Shown here one piece after another: positions 40,558 to 53,400 of a DNA stretch of 63,929 bases (the stretch's first letter is position 1; each line of letters starts with the position of its first letter). Under the pieces are notes generated by a model. It saw only the letters and a list, made by a program, of their open reading frames with translations. It had not been told where the DNA came from and did not search any database. This DNA is from Lenisia limosa (taxonomy: Eukaryota > Protista > Breviatea), in NCBI GenBank assembly GCA_001655205.1, contig LPNZ01009407.1:1-63929 (forward strand), in the 5' to 3' direction. Made by a program: the position numbers and the translations under genes.

Positions 40558-43500
40558 TTACCCCGCCGGGTCGTCTTCAATGTCGATCCCCTGTGTCATA
40601 CCACCCTAAATGAATCAGCCCAGATCACGCAAAATGTATAAATAATAGTAAGTAGAATATCGTTCTAAAAGGCAAAATTACAGTAGTTCCCGATTGATAG
40701 ACCTTCTGTACCCCCCCCCCTCTTTTTCTTGTTTCATCCCGGATAATACGGAAGGAAATCCTGGTATCCTCCTACATATTGGCTCGTGAAAAACGAACGG
40801 TGCTTGTTGGAGTCTTCCAATCGCTTTTCTTTGGAGAATCGGATCAGCTTGTGGACATTTAAACCCTCAGCAAGCAAAATAACACTACATGGTCAGTGAA
40901 GAAAGTGCGAAGTGTGGTCTTACTCTCCCGTAGAATTGACAGTTACACCGAAAGGCTTGGGAATAGAAACCGGAAACCGGTTATCTACAGAGTAAGAGAA
41001 TATTAGCACTCTGAACCACCAGAGGTTCACAGCTGAGCATGCGAAGCCGAGGAGTTAGTCCAGAGTGTATATTACGATACAGGATACTTAAGAATAGGCA
41101 AGAAAGGAGACAGGAAAAGAAGAAAGAAGATAATATCTAAGTGAAGAAGGTGATGTTCTGATTATAAACTTAGACTATTCAAGAAATCCCTGAATTGATC
41201 TTATACCAAGTGAATCCCTAATTATTGAAGAACAGAAGCGCCATACAGATGGGTAAAGTTGCAAAATAGGAAATATATGTAATAAGAAAAAAACTGTAAA
41301 AATAAATAAATATTTATCAAATTGGCATAATTAATACAATCCCCCCTCCCCAACTGTATTGGCTGTTTTTAGTTGACTTCTCTGTACATACTACAACGCC
41401 ATTATTCTATTTGGGTTAAAAATGAGCTGTAGACTTGTGACGGCACATTGGACCAAAATAAGATGGAAATCGACACTCTTTTACCTCTATAATTGATACC
41501 TGAAAATTGCATATAATATATATCATATAGTATATATATAATATAGCAATGGGAAATAAAAAATAAGGTGAACAATAGGTATGCTGGGGAGGCACGCGGA
41601 AAGCTGTGTACACAGAGTTAATAACACTATAATCCAATATCTTTCATAAGCGTGATAGTGTGGACGGCTTTGACCAGACACAACTTTATTTTTTATTCCC
41701 ATTGCTATATATCATACAACATAACAATAATGGTCATCTCTAATTAAGAGGCACTCGTCCTTGTGCCATTTCATTCCTCAACAACAACGAAAGAAATAAC
41801 ACTAAGACTGAAATATTAAGACGGTGTTCGTTCCTACGTGTGTTGTGCGGTGGTGGCGGGTGGGGGTAAGGGAAGGGGCGGAGTAAAGATGGAAACAAAA
41901 TAAACTCTTTTTCTTTTTTGATCAACTTGCTAGGTTTAATGAGATTATCAAAAGAATGAGATATTCTGTGGAAAGTCATTAGTATGCATGCGCTCCAATA
42001 TTATCTGCTTGACTTGAAGCAATGAATGCCAACATACTGCAAGCGGTGCAATGAGAGCCTCACATGTCTTTGAAGCAGCAATCGCACCCTTGACTCATCA
42101 TTACCAAAAACAAAAGGGGGGGGGGATGGATTATTTTGATGATTCCTCGATTAGCATTGATTTTTATTGAAGTGAAGAACCCCTACGCCCACTGGGAAAA
42201 GAACCTGGGTTTTCTCAGTACCGAGTACAGACCATGTCCCCTCTACTGAAACCTGAAAAGTAAGACTACACAATGGAACACAAGTAGGGCTTCATTTCGG
42301 TTCGAAAAAACCTGAGAAAATATCGCCAGTTGCCGAGGATTTGGACAAGAAATAGAGCACAATAGTGCGTATCATCACCATAGTCAGTCATAAGTTAGAG
42401 GAGAACAGGTGATTAATTTCTTTCAACGTTCGAGGCGAGAGTCAAACCTTATAAAGGAATGACATATGTACAGTGGAAACAGCAACAGTTGACTTGGAAC
42501 AATCCACAGCCGTAACTGTGACGGTAAGAGCTTAGAGCGCCATTTCAAAATCATTTCGATTCCAAAAAGACTGAGTAACTATCATATTATTGTGGATTAT
42601 CAATAAAAAGTCAAAAAAATATTTGTATCTATCAAAAAAAGAGCCTTCCTTTGAACAAAAGTATGGTTCTGAAGGACACAAGACCAACCAGTTTTTCCTA
42701 GATCCGCCATTATGTCTCCGCTGATGTCAAAGCCGCTTTCCTAATTTATGAGTTATATTATGTGTTTAAATAGTTTGCTTAGTATATGATATTGAATATC
42801 ACCAATACTCCAAAGATATAAATCCGTTGAAACAGTTGATAGTATTATATTATTCCGACAGATATCAAGTTTAAATGCACATGATTTGTTGCAAAAACTT
42901 CATACCTCATTATTCTTCGTCACTTCGAACACATGAACCTGTCCTGATTCAAAACCAACAACAAACCGGCTTCCTGACCCATGAGCACACTGTACGGTTA
43001 AGGTGAATAGAATAAACTAAATTCACATCAATATTGTGGTGATTCTTCGGCTCACAGTAATGGTACCAAATCCCGTATGTGTCTCCCATAGGGGTGCAAC
43101 AACAGTTTCCAAATCACATTCCGGTTCTCCTTCTCTAAAGAAGTCAGCTTTGTTTGAAAAGAGCTTTGTTTGAAATGGTAGGCGAGAGAAAAAGATGTGC
43201 AAAAGGACCTGGACCCATGCAAACAGTCCAGGTACTGCAAAGTTGAAAAGTGAAACTTTTTCTTCTGAGACCACCGCTACTACTTCATGCGCACAAATAG
43301 TGAAGATGTCTAAAGTGTAAGAAAACTGTAACAGGTTGGGGAATGAAATTTTCCATATTTACCATAGTATATTTGATTAATATTGTGTTTTGATATATTA
43401 CATAGGCTTAATTTTAAAATTATATTAAAAAAAAAACACAGAAAAAACAAAACAAGAGGAGCTGCACTCTGCTCACTTGTGCCATTAGCAATACCAGTGT

Positions 43501-44543
43501 TTATTGTCTTCATCACCTTCCTAAATTATAAGTTCTTCAATACGATCTCGAATTTAAGGATCCGATAATTCAGTCCTATTTTTTCTACGCTTCTTCCTGT
43601 TAAAATTCCCAAATCAATGAAAAGAATGAACAGGATTTGCGCTTCTCATGCGCTTACTCATCAGGTAGGGACGGCACTGACACAATGCCTTGCTGGTCAA
43701 GAGTCACAAAAATAGATCCTTCCTCTCTTCCCGGCGAGGACATAAACGCCCCAGATACGAATTGCTATGTTGTAAACATGTGAATGACGAACGGGATGAT
43801 CGCAAAGTCTCTCCGAACTTCATACATCCTCTCTTACAGTAAGCTCCGGCGGTCTATCAACATAGAACCAAGACTCAAAGTAGCTGGACTATTAGAGGGT
43901 TCAACACAATGACCTCGCTCATCCAACTTCATGAGTTTGAGCCTCGATCACAGAGTCCCAATCATAAATCATACATCCTATGCACGAACTTAGTCCCCAA
44001 TTTACATTTTTATAAAAATAAGCCATAGGACTAGCCAAATTGATGAGACCCACGTACTATTCAAAAGCGGTCGTATCACAAAGGATGACTCTTTCCTCAA
44101 GAACACACATGACAATGTCTGAGTTGAAAAACGGACTGCAGCTATAGATGCAGGTAAAAGATGCAGGACAAGGAGACACTTGCGGGTAGTGGTGGGAGTA
44201 CATGATAAAAATTGGTTCAGAAAAGTGAAAGGGTTGGAAGAAGAAGACAACAATAATATTTCGAAATCATACCAAATAAAGAGGTTGGAGCTGTTACATC
44301 TCACATTAATCTCAAAACACAAAACACAACAGGAAAAGCATCAACAACCAATCTTCATGTATCCCTCATTACAAGCATAAGACACATTTAGGTGGACCAT
44401 TTAGTCGCCCACTCTATTTTGAGAAGCTTCCCAGTTTCTCTAAGTCGAAGTGTTTCAAAAACATCAGGCGAAAACTGATGAAGATGTCGCTGGAAGTTCA
44501 CTGGCTTTCTTGGTGGTACCACATAAGTGGTGTTTTCGTCCAT
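40558..44543 (-). CDS. Multi-exon WD40-like beta-propeller protein, family unassigned
   Basis: Strand-like exons read CAHGSGSRFVVGFESGQVHVFEV; VTAVDCSKSTVAVST; FDISGDIMADLG; VVAVVSEEKVSLFNF. The start reads MDENTTYVVPPRKPVNFQRHLHQFSPDVFETLRLRETG and the last exon reads GMTQGIDIEDDPAG*. Several internal junctions are unresolved. Confidence 0.5.
41542..41709. mobile_element. MITE-like element, about 168 bp with about 29-bp terminal inverted repeats in TA-rich flanks
   Basis: The left end tatagcaatgggaaataaaaaataaggtg (41542-41570) is the near-perfect reverse complement of the right end caactttattttttattcccattgctata (41681-41709). There is no ORF, and the core recurs at about 32730-32876. Confidence 0.7.
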
Positions 44544-44860
44544 GGAGGAAGAGAAGTGAGTATGTGACTATGAGAGGGCTATGATGTATGGCTCTGTTCT
44601 TCGTTGTAATATGAAAAATACTTAAGAGGGAGAGGCAGGACGGACACAAGGATAATAAATAACGATCAAGATATCAAGATCACTAGATTCCTCAGGACAA
44701 TATGAATATGATCGCTTTGACTGCCCGTTTCCCAAGCTTCATTGCTTCGATTTTTTGTTCTTCTTAACCAGAAACAGCCACATGGAGATGTTACCCCCAC
44801 CCCCGTCTTGAAAAACCGAAAAATGTGTTGACCACGGTGTGTTGTATTGTGTCAGTTGAC

Positions 44861-45628
44861 TTAGGCCTTGAGGGCATACTTGCGCATGGGGAAAGCAGCC
44901 TCCTTCTTGATCTGCTTCTCGGTCTTGCGAGAAGCCTCGAACTAGAAACATTAGAAACGTGATTATAAAACAATAAGAGGAGCAAGCTGAAACTGGTCAG
45001 TGCTTGGTTAAAATTGTCTCATAGAGCTTAGCTCTCTGAAGTAGCAAATATATTCCATCAATCCAGTAAGAACCCTCAGGCGGTATCCAAACCTACAGCA
45101 GTAAGGCGACGACGGATAGCACGGGTCTTCTTGGCGCGGAGGTCAACGGGGACGAACTTCTTGCCTGCGGAGTTAATTTCATTAATGAATCCAACAGAAA
45201 GCTGAGAAAAGCTTACCAGCGTAGAACTTGCGGAGCTCTTGCTTGCGAGTCTGGTTCATGACGGTGAGAACACGGGCAATGCTCTTGCGGACGACCTTGC
45301 TAAAAGAATGAGACCATTTCACGAAAAAGTATATTCAACAAAGAGAAAATAACCCCCCAAACATCTTGGAGATCTTGGAGGTGGCACCGTTGGAAACCTT
45401 GGCGACACGGAGGTTAGAAAGCTCGGTCTGGAAACGTAAAGCAGAGCTAAACAGAAAATCGATGTGTGCTCAACAAAAGGTTTACGCTAACCTTCAACTC
45501 ATGGAGCTGGTTGGTGAGCTCGTCCTTAGACTTAACACGGAGTTCATATGCCTTGACCCGAGCTAAACAGGTTAGCAGTTGCTATAAACAAAAAGAAATC
45601 AACTTAGAATACTCCCACACATACTCAT
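44861..45628 (-). CDS. RPL35: 60S ribosomal protein L35 (uL29)
   Basis: [25 protein letters not shown]; [20 protein letters not shown]; [16 protein letters not shown]; [16 protein letters not shown]; [11 protein letters not shown]. Confidence 0.97.
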
Positions 45629-45836
45629 TTTTTTTACAACACGATAAAGAGGACCTCAAAAATAAAATTGTCCAAGATAAAAGAAAAAATAGATGACATA
45701 AGTTCAGTTCAAGAAAATATAATTTCGTAATTTAACTTTTTTTTTGTTTTTGATTTTTTGATATTTTTTTGGAGCAGAGCAAGGGGAAGAAGTGTTTAGA
45801 TATTTTAATTGATAGGTTCTAGCCTGTACTTTCGAA

Positions 45837-48800
45837 ATGCTGCGTTCAGCTTTGGCGACTCTGAAGCCAAGCAGCTTTGTACGTTTAGGATCAAGAGCAT
45901 TTGCCAATGCTGCTGGAGGTTGTCCGCCTTGTGGCCCAATGTCTTCTCAAAGTTTGATTTTTGACGTCTTTTTCATCTTCTAGTTCCATTTTTACAGAGA
46001 TGCACCACATGGGCTGGTTTAGCATGCTTTTTTGGCGCTGTTGGAGCAGGTATGTGGGTGGTTGTGCTTTGTAATGGTTGGGTTCTGGAATGGCGTACTG
46101 CTAATGCCTCTTCGGTTTCTCACAGCTCGTATTCAACATGATTTTACTTATTCTAATTGAATCCTATTGTAATTATAGCATGAAACCCCTTATTATTTAG
46201 GAACATACCTCACATCACGAACTGGTGGAATTGTTAGATACAGTTCAGTTCCTATCAAGCCCAAGAAGGACCGCCCTCGTCTTGTTATTCTTGGAACAGG
46301 ATGGTGAGTGTTGGACGTGTTGAGGTTATTGTCATATTTTTTTTTCACATTTTCAGGGCCGCCATGCAGTGTCTGAAAACGGTCAATACCAGTCTTTATG
46401 ACGTTGTTGTTATTTCTCCCAGAAACCACTTCACCTTTTCTCCTCTCCTTACTTCGTAAGTGAAGTTTGTATTTGTGGTTTATTTGAAAATATACTATCG
46501 TTGATATATTTAAGTAATTGAGTAAAATTCTTCCTTTACGTGTGAGTTGCGCGTCACAATTTTAGAACTGCTGTGGGCACCATTGAAAGCCGGTAGGCAG
46601 GTTTAAATGGTTGTTTTTTTTTTGATGTATCGCGTTGTTGTTAATGAGTGAATCCAAATAAGGGTCATGTTTAAGGTCTGTTATCGAGCCTCTGCGCCGC
46701 TTTGTTCATGTTTGGAAGAAGGACATCCATTACTACCAAGCCAAATGCATTGATATTGACCCCAAATCCAAGAAGATTACATGTGTTCGTAAGTGGGCTT
46801 TATTACTTTCACACTGGAAGGATCATTTTGGCAATGATGACATTTCAGCGGATCACAAGCGCGTCATGTCCGAGTCTGAATTTTACCTCGGCTACGACAA
46901 ACTTGTTGTTGCTTGCGGCGCTGTGAACAACACTTTCGGTGTCAAGGGTGTCAAGGAGCATTGTTATTTCATCAAGGTACAAGGGTGGAAGATTTGCCTG
47001 GAATTAATAGATGTTGAATAATGGTCGCCCCCCTCCCCCAACTAACTCAAGCTTCAGAACTTTCAAATTTCTTTCTTTTTTCCAGGCCGCCCTAATCTCT
47101 TTATTTTATCTAATTTTAGTTTTTTCTTTTTCTTTTCAAAAAATTGCCAAAAACAATTAGAAATTTGAAGAAGTGTTGGTGCCAATACCTCTCACCTTGA
47201 GGTTCATATCTAACAACAATGACTGTTACATCTTTTGGTTTTTTTTTTTGAACAATCTATCCTTTACCTTTCAGGAAGTTGACGGGGCCCGTAAGGTTCG
47301 ATCTCGTCTCATGGACCTCATTGAAGCTGCGTCTCTCCCAGGCATGCCGCGCGAGGAGCGCAGACGCCTTTTGAATGTCGTTGTCGTTGGAGGAGGACCT
47401 ACTGTTGGCAGGGATGGGGTGGCTTCAAATTGAATTCCAAAGTGAAGCCCACTCATGCCCTTAGGGAGTTGAGTTCGCAGGTGAACTGCATGACTACTTT
47501 GCCAATGAAGTTCGCAACTGTTTCCCACATCTCAAAAATGACGTAAAGATTTCTCTTATCCAATCTGCTGATACCCTTTTGTGCAGTTTTGACCGCAAAC
47601 TGAGAAAATGTGGGAGAGATTTCTCAATGGTGGAAAACTTGTTTATGTGTACATAATTTTATTTTATTCACAATCAAGACGCTGAGAAGACTCTGAAGAA
47701 ACTGAATGTTGATTTGAGAACCAACTGCCGAGTGACTGAGGTAAGCATTGTACTTGGAGAGATTTTCTCATTTCTATACCGAATAGCGAATGCCTCACCA
47801 TCCCTGGACATACATACATATACTACTTGTATCTCTGATCCTTTAGGTGGCTAAGAACCACATTATGATCAAGGACAAGAAAACAGGAAAGAAAGAAGAC
47901 ATCCATTGCGGTCTTATTGTTTGGAGTACTGGTTTGTGGCGAACAGCAAAAACAAGGCCGCATTCCTTTTAGTTTAAATTCATTGGTATCTTCTTGAACC
48001 TTTTTCATTACTCTGAGTCAAAATCCATTGTTAACATATTAAACCTAGCAATAGTCATATTCTTAGGAAATGCTCCTCGTGAACTGTCAACAAAACTGAT
48101 CCAAGTCCTTGGCCAAAAAGGCAAGAACCTTGAAATCAATCCTGAAACTCTGGAGGTATGGGGTTAGGTTTTTTGTTTCTGGGTTCAAATTGGCAGTTTC
48201 CAAATTTGTTTCTTCTCTGACACCCCCCNNNNNNNNNNNNNNNNNNNNNNNNNNNNNNNNNNNNNNNNNNNNNNNNNNNNNNNNNNNNNNNNNNNNNNNN
48301 NNNNNNNNNNNNNNNNNNNNNNNNGGTTTGGAAATGAATGACTTTTCACACAATATTTCCGGCATTGTCACAATACTGTTCAATGGTCAATAATAGTATT
48401 TTACAGATGGCGTCTCAACAAGGGAAGTTCCTTGGAAAGGCCCTGAATCAGCTTATTTCGAAGCCTGGCAAACCCTTACCGAAGTTCAAATACCAGGTTT
48501 GCAGATCCCTAAGAGTAAACAAACGTTTTAAGGACGTTCATCAAATAATATGTTACTGTTTCGGTTTACTTTCTAGTACAAGGGAGCAATGTGCTACGCT
48601 GGAGATTCTTCCTCAGTAATTGATGTAAGCGAAGGAATGTTGAATGAACAACGGAGGGGGGGGNNNNNNNNNNNNNNNNNNNNNNNNNNNNNNNNNNNNN
48701 NNNNNNNNNNNNNNNNNNNNNNNNNNNNNNNNNNNNNNNNNNNNNNNNNNNNNNNNNNNNNNNNNNNNNNNNNNNNNNNNNNNNNNNNNNNNNNNNNNNN

Positions 48801-49233
48801 NNNNNNNNNNNNNNNNNNNNNAACATTTCTTTTGTTTGTGCTGTACTTAATATGTCCGTTTCTGAGGATGATGTTTTTGTGTACAACACATTATTCTCTA
48901 TGACGTAGTTCTACATTTTTTTTGTTTATTGTCACCACAATTTCCGTTTGGCTCGGGATATTTGTGCGATGTTTTGTTGTTTGGTGTTAGATTCGTTTTA
49001 CCCCCCAGCTGCAGAAGCGACTGGCCTGTGCTTTGTTTGTTTTGTTGTTATCAACCTTTGTGNNNNNNNNNNNNNNNNNNNNNNNNNNNNNNNNNNNNNN
49101 NNNNNNNNNNNNNNNNNNNNNNNNNNNNNNNNNNNNNNNNNNNNAGCTGTCGCATCGCAACAAGATCCTTATCGGTCTTGACTGGGCCAAAACGGCCGTA
49201 TTCGGCAGAGACCTTGGGCGGTACAGTGACTAG
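45837..49233 (+). CDS. NDH2: Type II (alternative) NAD(P)H:quinone oxidoreductase, mitochondrial-targeted
   Basis: Presequence-like start MLRSALATLKPSSFVRLGSRAF. RPRLVILGTGW; VISPRNHFTFSPLL; YDKLVVACGAVNNTFGVKGV; VVVGGGPT|GVEFAGELHD; IVWSTG; ASQQGKFL; RNKILIGLDWAKTAVFGRDLGR. Three N-gaps interrupt the 3' half. Confidence 0.93.
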
Positions 49234-49472
49234 TTCTCAGTTCAGTGTGTGTTATGGTAATTTTATTTTTTTCATGGTTGTTTTTGAGTTTGCATAAGTC
49301 AAGTTTTGTTTCAGAGATCGTCCCCCCACGGTGTTGTCCCTAAAATACTCTCAAAACACTTAACTTACAGGAAGCATTTAAGTGACATAAATGGAAACGT
49401 TTCTATGGAACATAAAATACATTAAGTGATACCGTCACCAATTGGAAAGAAAAACTAGAAAAAGAGGGTCGT

Positions 49473-50192
49473 TTAGTTGATAGGCTTGATCTGCAAAGGT
49501 CAAGGAGAAGGATAAATTATGATCAATTAGAACTTCAAAAAAGAGTCGCATACCTTGAAATGAAGGGACATCAAGGAGAAAACGAAGGCCTTCAAGTCAA
49601 GAGTAAGGTCTAAGTGGGTGAGAAAGGAATAAAAAAAAAATTATAGAACAAACAGTAGAAAGCACGGAAGCTCTCAGGGTCCTTGCACTCTTGGACATCA
49701 AGAAGAGATCCAACCTTAGCGGCCTAAAAGATAAGAAAAAGGGGAGAAGCGTAAGGTAGACCAACAGCAAAGGAAATGTGTTCCTTGTCCATGACGATCT
49801 CAAGCTCCTGCATGCTAGATCTTTCAGGTTCGGGCCAAAGGCTATCATCTTCCCTAAATGGAGGTGAGAAGGGACGAGAGAAAAAGAGGAACCAACTTCA
49901 TGATCTGAGACTGGTCAATAATCTTCTTGAACTCCTCAATAACGGTAGTATTGACGAAAACTGAACAGTAAGCGGGTTCTAAGCGCCAGAAACACAGTAC
50001 CTTCTTTGCGAATCATATTTTCACCCTTGTAGCCAGAGTGGTTAGCGTAACGGAGCTTTCCATTGGAATGGAGCTCAAATTCTGAAAATAAGCAAACAAG
50101 CCTTCGTAAATCCTACCAAGGAACTCGTGTCCGAACTTGGAGCCCTTGTGGCCAGTGTAGAATCTGAGGTAGAAATCGTTGTCCTTTCCCAT
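49473..50192 (-). CDS. MAGOH: Mago nashi (exon junction complex core)
   Basis: [101 protein letters not shown]. Confidence 0.96.
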
Positions 50193-50431
50193 GTTTAAAC
50201 AAGCAAAAAGAACAATTTTCGAAAAAAAATATTGGTGAAAAGGGAGAGTAGATCCTCGATCACTTCAAAAGTTGACCAAAATTTCAAAAATTTGCCTTCA
50301 ACGCCTTCTTGAATTAATTTAGTATAATATATTATTAATATATTAATATATTGAAATAGGGACTATTTTTGCATGAAATTACTTATGGAGCGGGTTGTTG
50401 CAATTTCATTTTCAGTTTTCTTATTAACGTA

Positions 50432-53400
50432 ATGCCTGGCTCCCTTCCACCCATCGAAGCAGATGTGGCAGGTTTGATATTAGATAGCAGCCAGAGAGCT
50501 CTGGGTTCAAAACGAATACTGCAGGACGAGGACGGAGATGTGCCGCTTGGTTGGATGGAGCAACTGAAATTTACCCTAGTGTCTTGTTTCCGTTATTTTC
50601 GGTTGCTTCTAAAATGTTTTTCTGTTTATAAATCAGAAGATTGTTATCGAGACTAAAATTGAAACATGTTTTGGTTTAATTCAGTCTCCCTTCATCTATA
50701 TTTGCTGGTCACATATAACCCTTTGCAGTTGTATTGAGGATGCCATTTTGTTTACGTACTTAGAAGCGGTGTTGAAATGGTCACAAGGTTCTTCTCCCCA
50801 GGAAATTGAAAATGTTCTTGAATCTGCAACGTTATCCAGTATCACTGTTTGGGGGATATGCCATTTTACTTGGTATAATCGTACCATTCCTAATGTCTTC
50901 ATGTGTATAATATAGCGCTATTTTGTCAGGTCTGCGGTTTAACTAATAGGAAACTAATTAATGAAAATAACCATGTTATTACTAATAAAACAAGACTACT
51001 GGACATTGAGCGACATATTCGTATTTGTAATGATCAAGATTATGAATAATACTACTGAACGATAAACCTTTTATGACTATTGAATGAAAAATGGCTTTCT
51101 TTTATCAAGGTAATTATATCAAGAATTGGGAATTTCATTCTTTTTTGAACAATAGAGAAGCCCTCGTGAGTTGGAATGGCAAATGATTGGTGGAAGAATA
51201 AGATGCTAACCAATATTTTGTGGATGTGTTGGGCCTAATTCTTCTTTTCAATCTTCCATTTCACCCTCCAGGCCACGCACATAGGCCAGTACATTGAGGA
51301 TTGGGCGCGAACAGCGGTGGCGACTGCTCTTGACCGCGTCAACCCGGGTGGTACGGTGGGAGGGGGGATCTGTTGTGTNNNNNNNNNNNNNNNNNNNNNN
51401 NNNNNNNNNNNNNNNNNNNNNNNNNNNNNNNNNNNNNNNNNNNATTTTCCTTTTGTGTACCGTAACTGTTTAGGGGTCTGAGGAAAGCAAAAGAAACCAG
51501 CGCCTTTCGAAGGCGGTTCAAGGCCAAGAAAACGGTGGATGGGGTGTAGCCGTTCACTTTTTGATATACACATTCACCAAAATCTCTGGTTAACTTGAAT
51601 TTATTATATTTTGAAAGCAGAATACAAATAATAATTACATGAAAGCCTTTTGGAGTTGCCAGTCTTACACCCTTTTATGTTGTGGATGGATGACTTGGCT
51701 TCTTATACTCTCTTTAGAGTTCCCATTTGCTTATTCAATCAATAATTATGCCACTGTAGATGAAGGCTTCCAACACAGTGTCCTTTTCCAAGACGCATTG
51801 AAGTTATGGTCCCATACGCTAAACGGTGGGGAGTTAACAGGCACTTGGCCGCATTAGGTTGGAAATGTTGGAGCAGAATATAGTTTAACGACTTTTCTTT
51901 GTTTTAAAGGGAAAACCATAGTAATTTCCAACTTGCACATATCCTTCACACCAGGCGTTACAATGATGCTGTGCATTTCTTATCGACTTTGATTGTTTCA
52001 GCAATTGAACCATCTCGATTTGAACCGAGGCAACTTGCACTACCAGCGTCTTCCCCACCCCCTGGAGGTAAGGCTCAAGCCACAGGTTTTTTCAATTGCT
52101 GACTGATTTGCAACCAGGATAACAAAGTATCAATCCATCACCAACAGGATATTTTTGACCCCCCCCCCCTCCCCCTCCCCCAGTTAATGTTGACTATCTG
52201 TTCTCGGATGATTCCGACGATAACGGTAGTTTGCCACGTCACCACACGGCGTACCGTCGGTCCACAAGTTTCACCAGATATTCCGTTGGTACCCTTCCGC
52301 CTTGGGATGCCGATTTGGATGATGACGAAGATAACTTTGATGTTGAAGGACTTAGTCTTGAACAGCTGATCAAAGTGGGTGAAGTTGTGTTGATGAGAGA
52401 ACGAAGAGTTGAATTTTTTTGGACTTATATGAGTTTCAATACCGCGCTCCACCACCTTTGTTTGTTTTTTTTTGTGCAGATGTCTCAATTTTTTGTTTCA
52501 CAAATATTCATTTTCACAACCACCTCCCAGACAGTCGCACCAAACATTGATGATGCATCTGAAGGCCCACATTGGATGGAAATTGCCACGTCGCTTGCAA
52601 ATAAAATTCTGGATGCCAACAATAGGTATTATATGTACATAATATAGATATTATATATATCATATGATATACAGATAGTATATGACATTATAATTTACAT
52701 CATATCATATTATTATCAAAGAATATGATATCTAGCACTAAATTTAGATAAACTTTCCGAAACATCCACCAGTGGGAAGATCTTTTATGGCACAAAGCAG
52801 CCCTAGAGATATCTCTCTCATTGTTTTTCATAATGTGATGGTATTCTTTGACCAACGTGTAACCTTTTATGAGAATAATTTAAAGTGGGCTTTTCTCACT
52901 GACTGTAGTGAATTAGAAGGAGCGACAAGTCTCATTCTTCGTCTCATTGAGGTTCTGGGGCACATCCTTGGCAGAATTGTGATAGTTACAATAGGATTAT
53001 TCTTTACGGCTTTGGAAAGATACTCTATTTTTCAGTTCCCATTTCTACAGATAGTTTTTCTTTCCATATGTTACATAGTATCTCACTCGACAGCTTGCGG
53101 AGGCCGCACCAATGGCCGACCTTTGTTTTGCCCTTGCGCGGTCGCTTTCCACGGTTGAATCAGTCACAATCCTGCTCACAGTTCATGGCGTGGGATGGGG
53201 CAAGGTGGTGGTTGCTTTGTACCTACTGTTGTAATTTGTTTTCACCTTTTGCTTATTTTTTGACGATGTTGTAGACTGTTTTACCCGAAACAAAGGACAA
53301 CGTTCGAGACAGAATGGCACTTTTAACTGAAGTGGTAAGCACTCAAATGAATCCTTCCACTCTATCAAGTATCTCTGCTTAAGTACATATAAGTACATAT

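Noticed and set aside
44861-45628. Intronic snoRNAs in RPL35
   Set aside because: The introns are short, and I found no convincing C/D box pair with terminal stem or H/ACA structure by eye.
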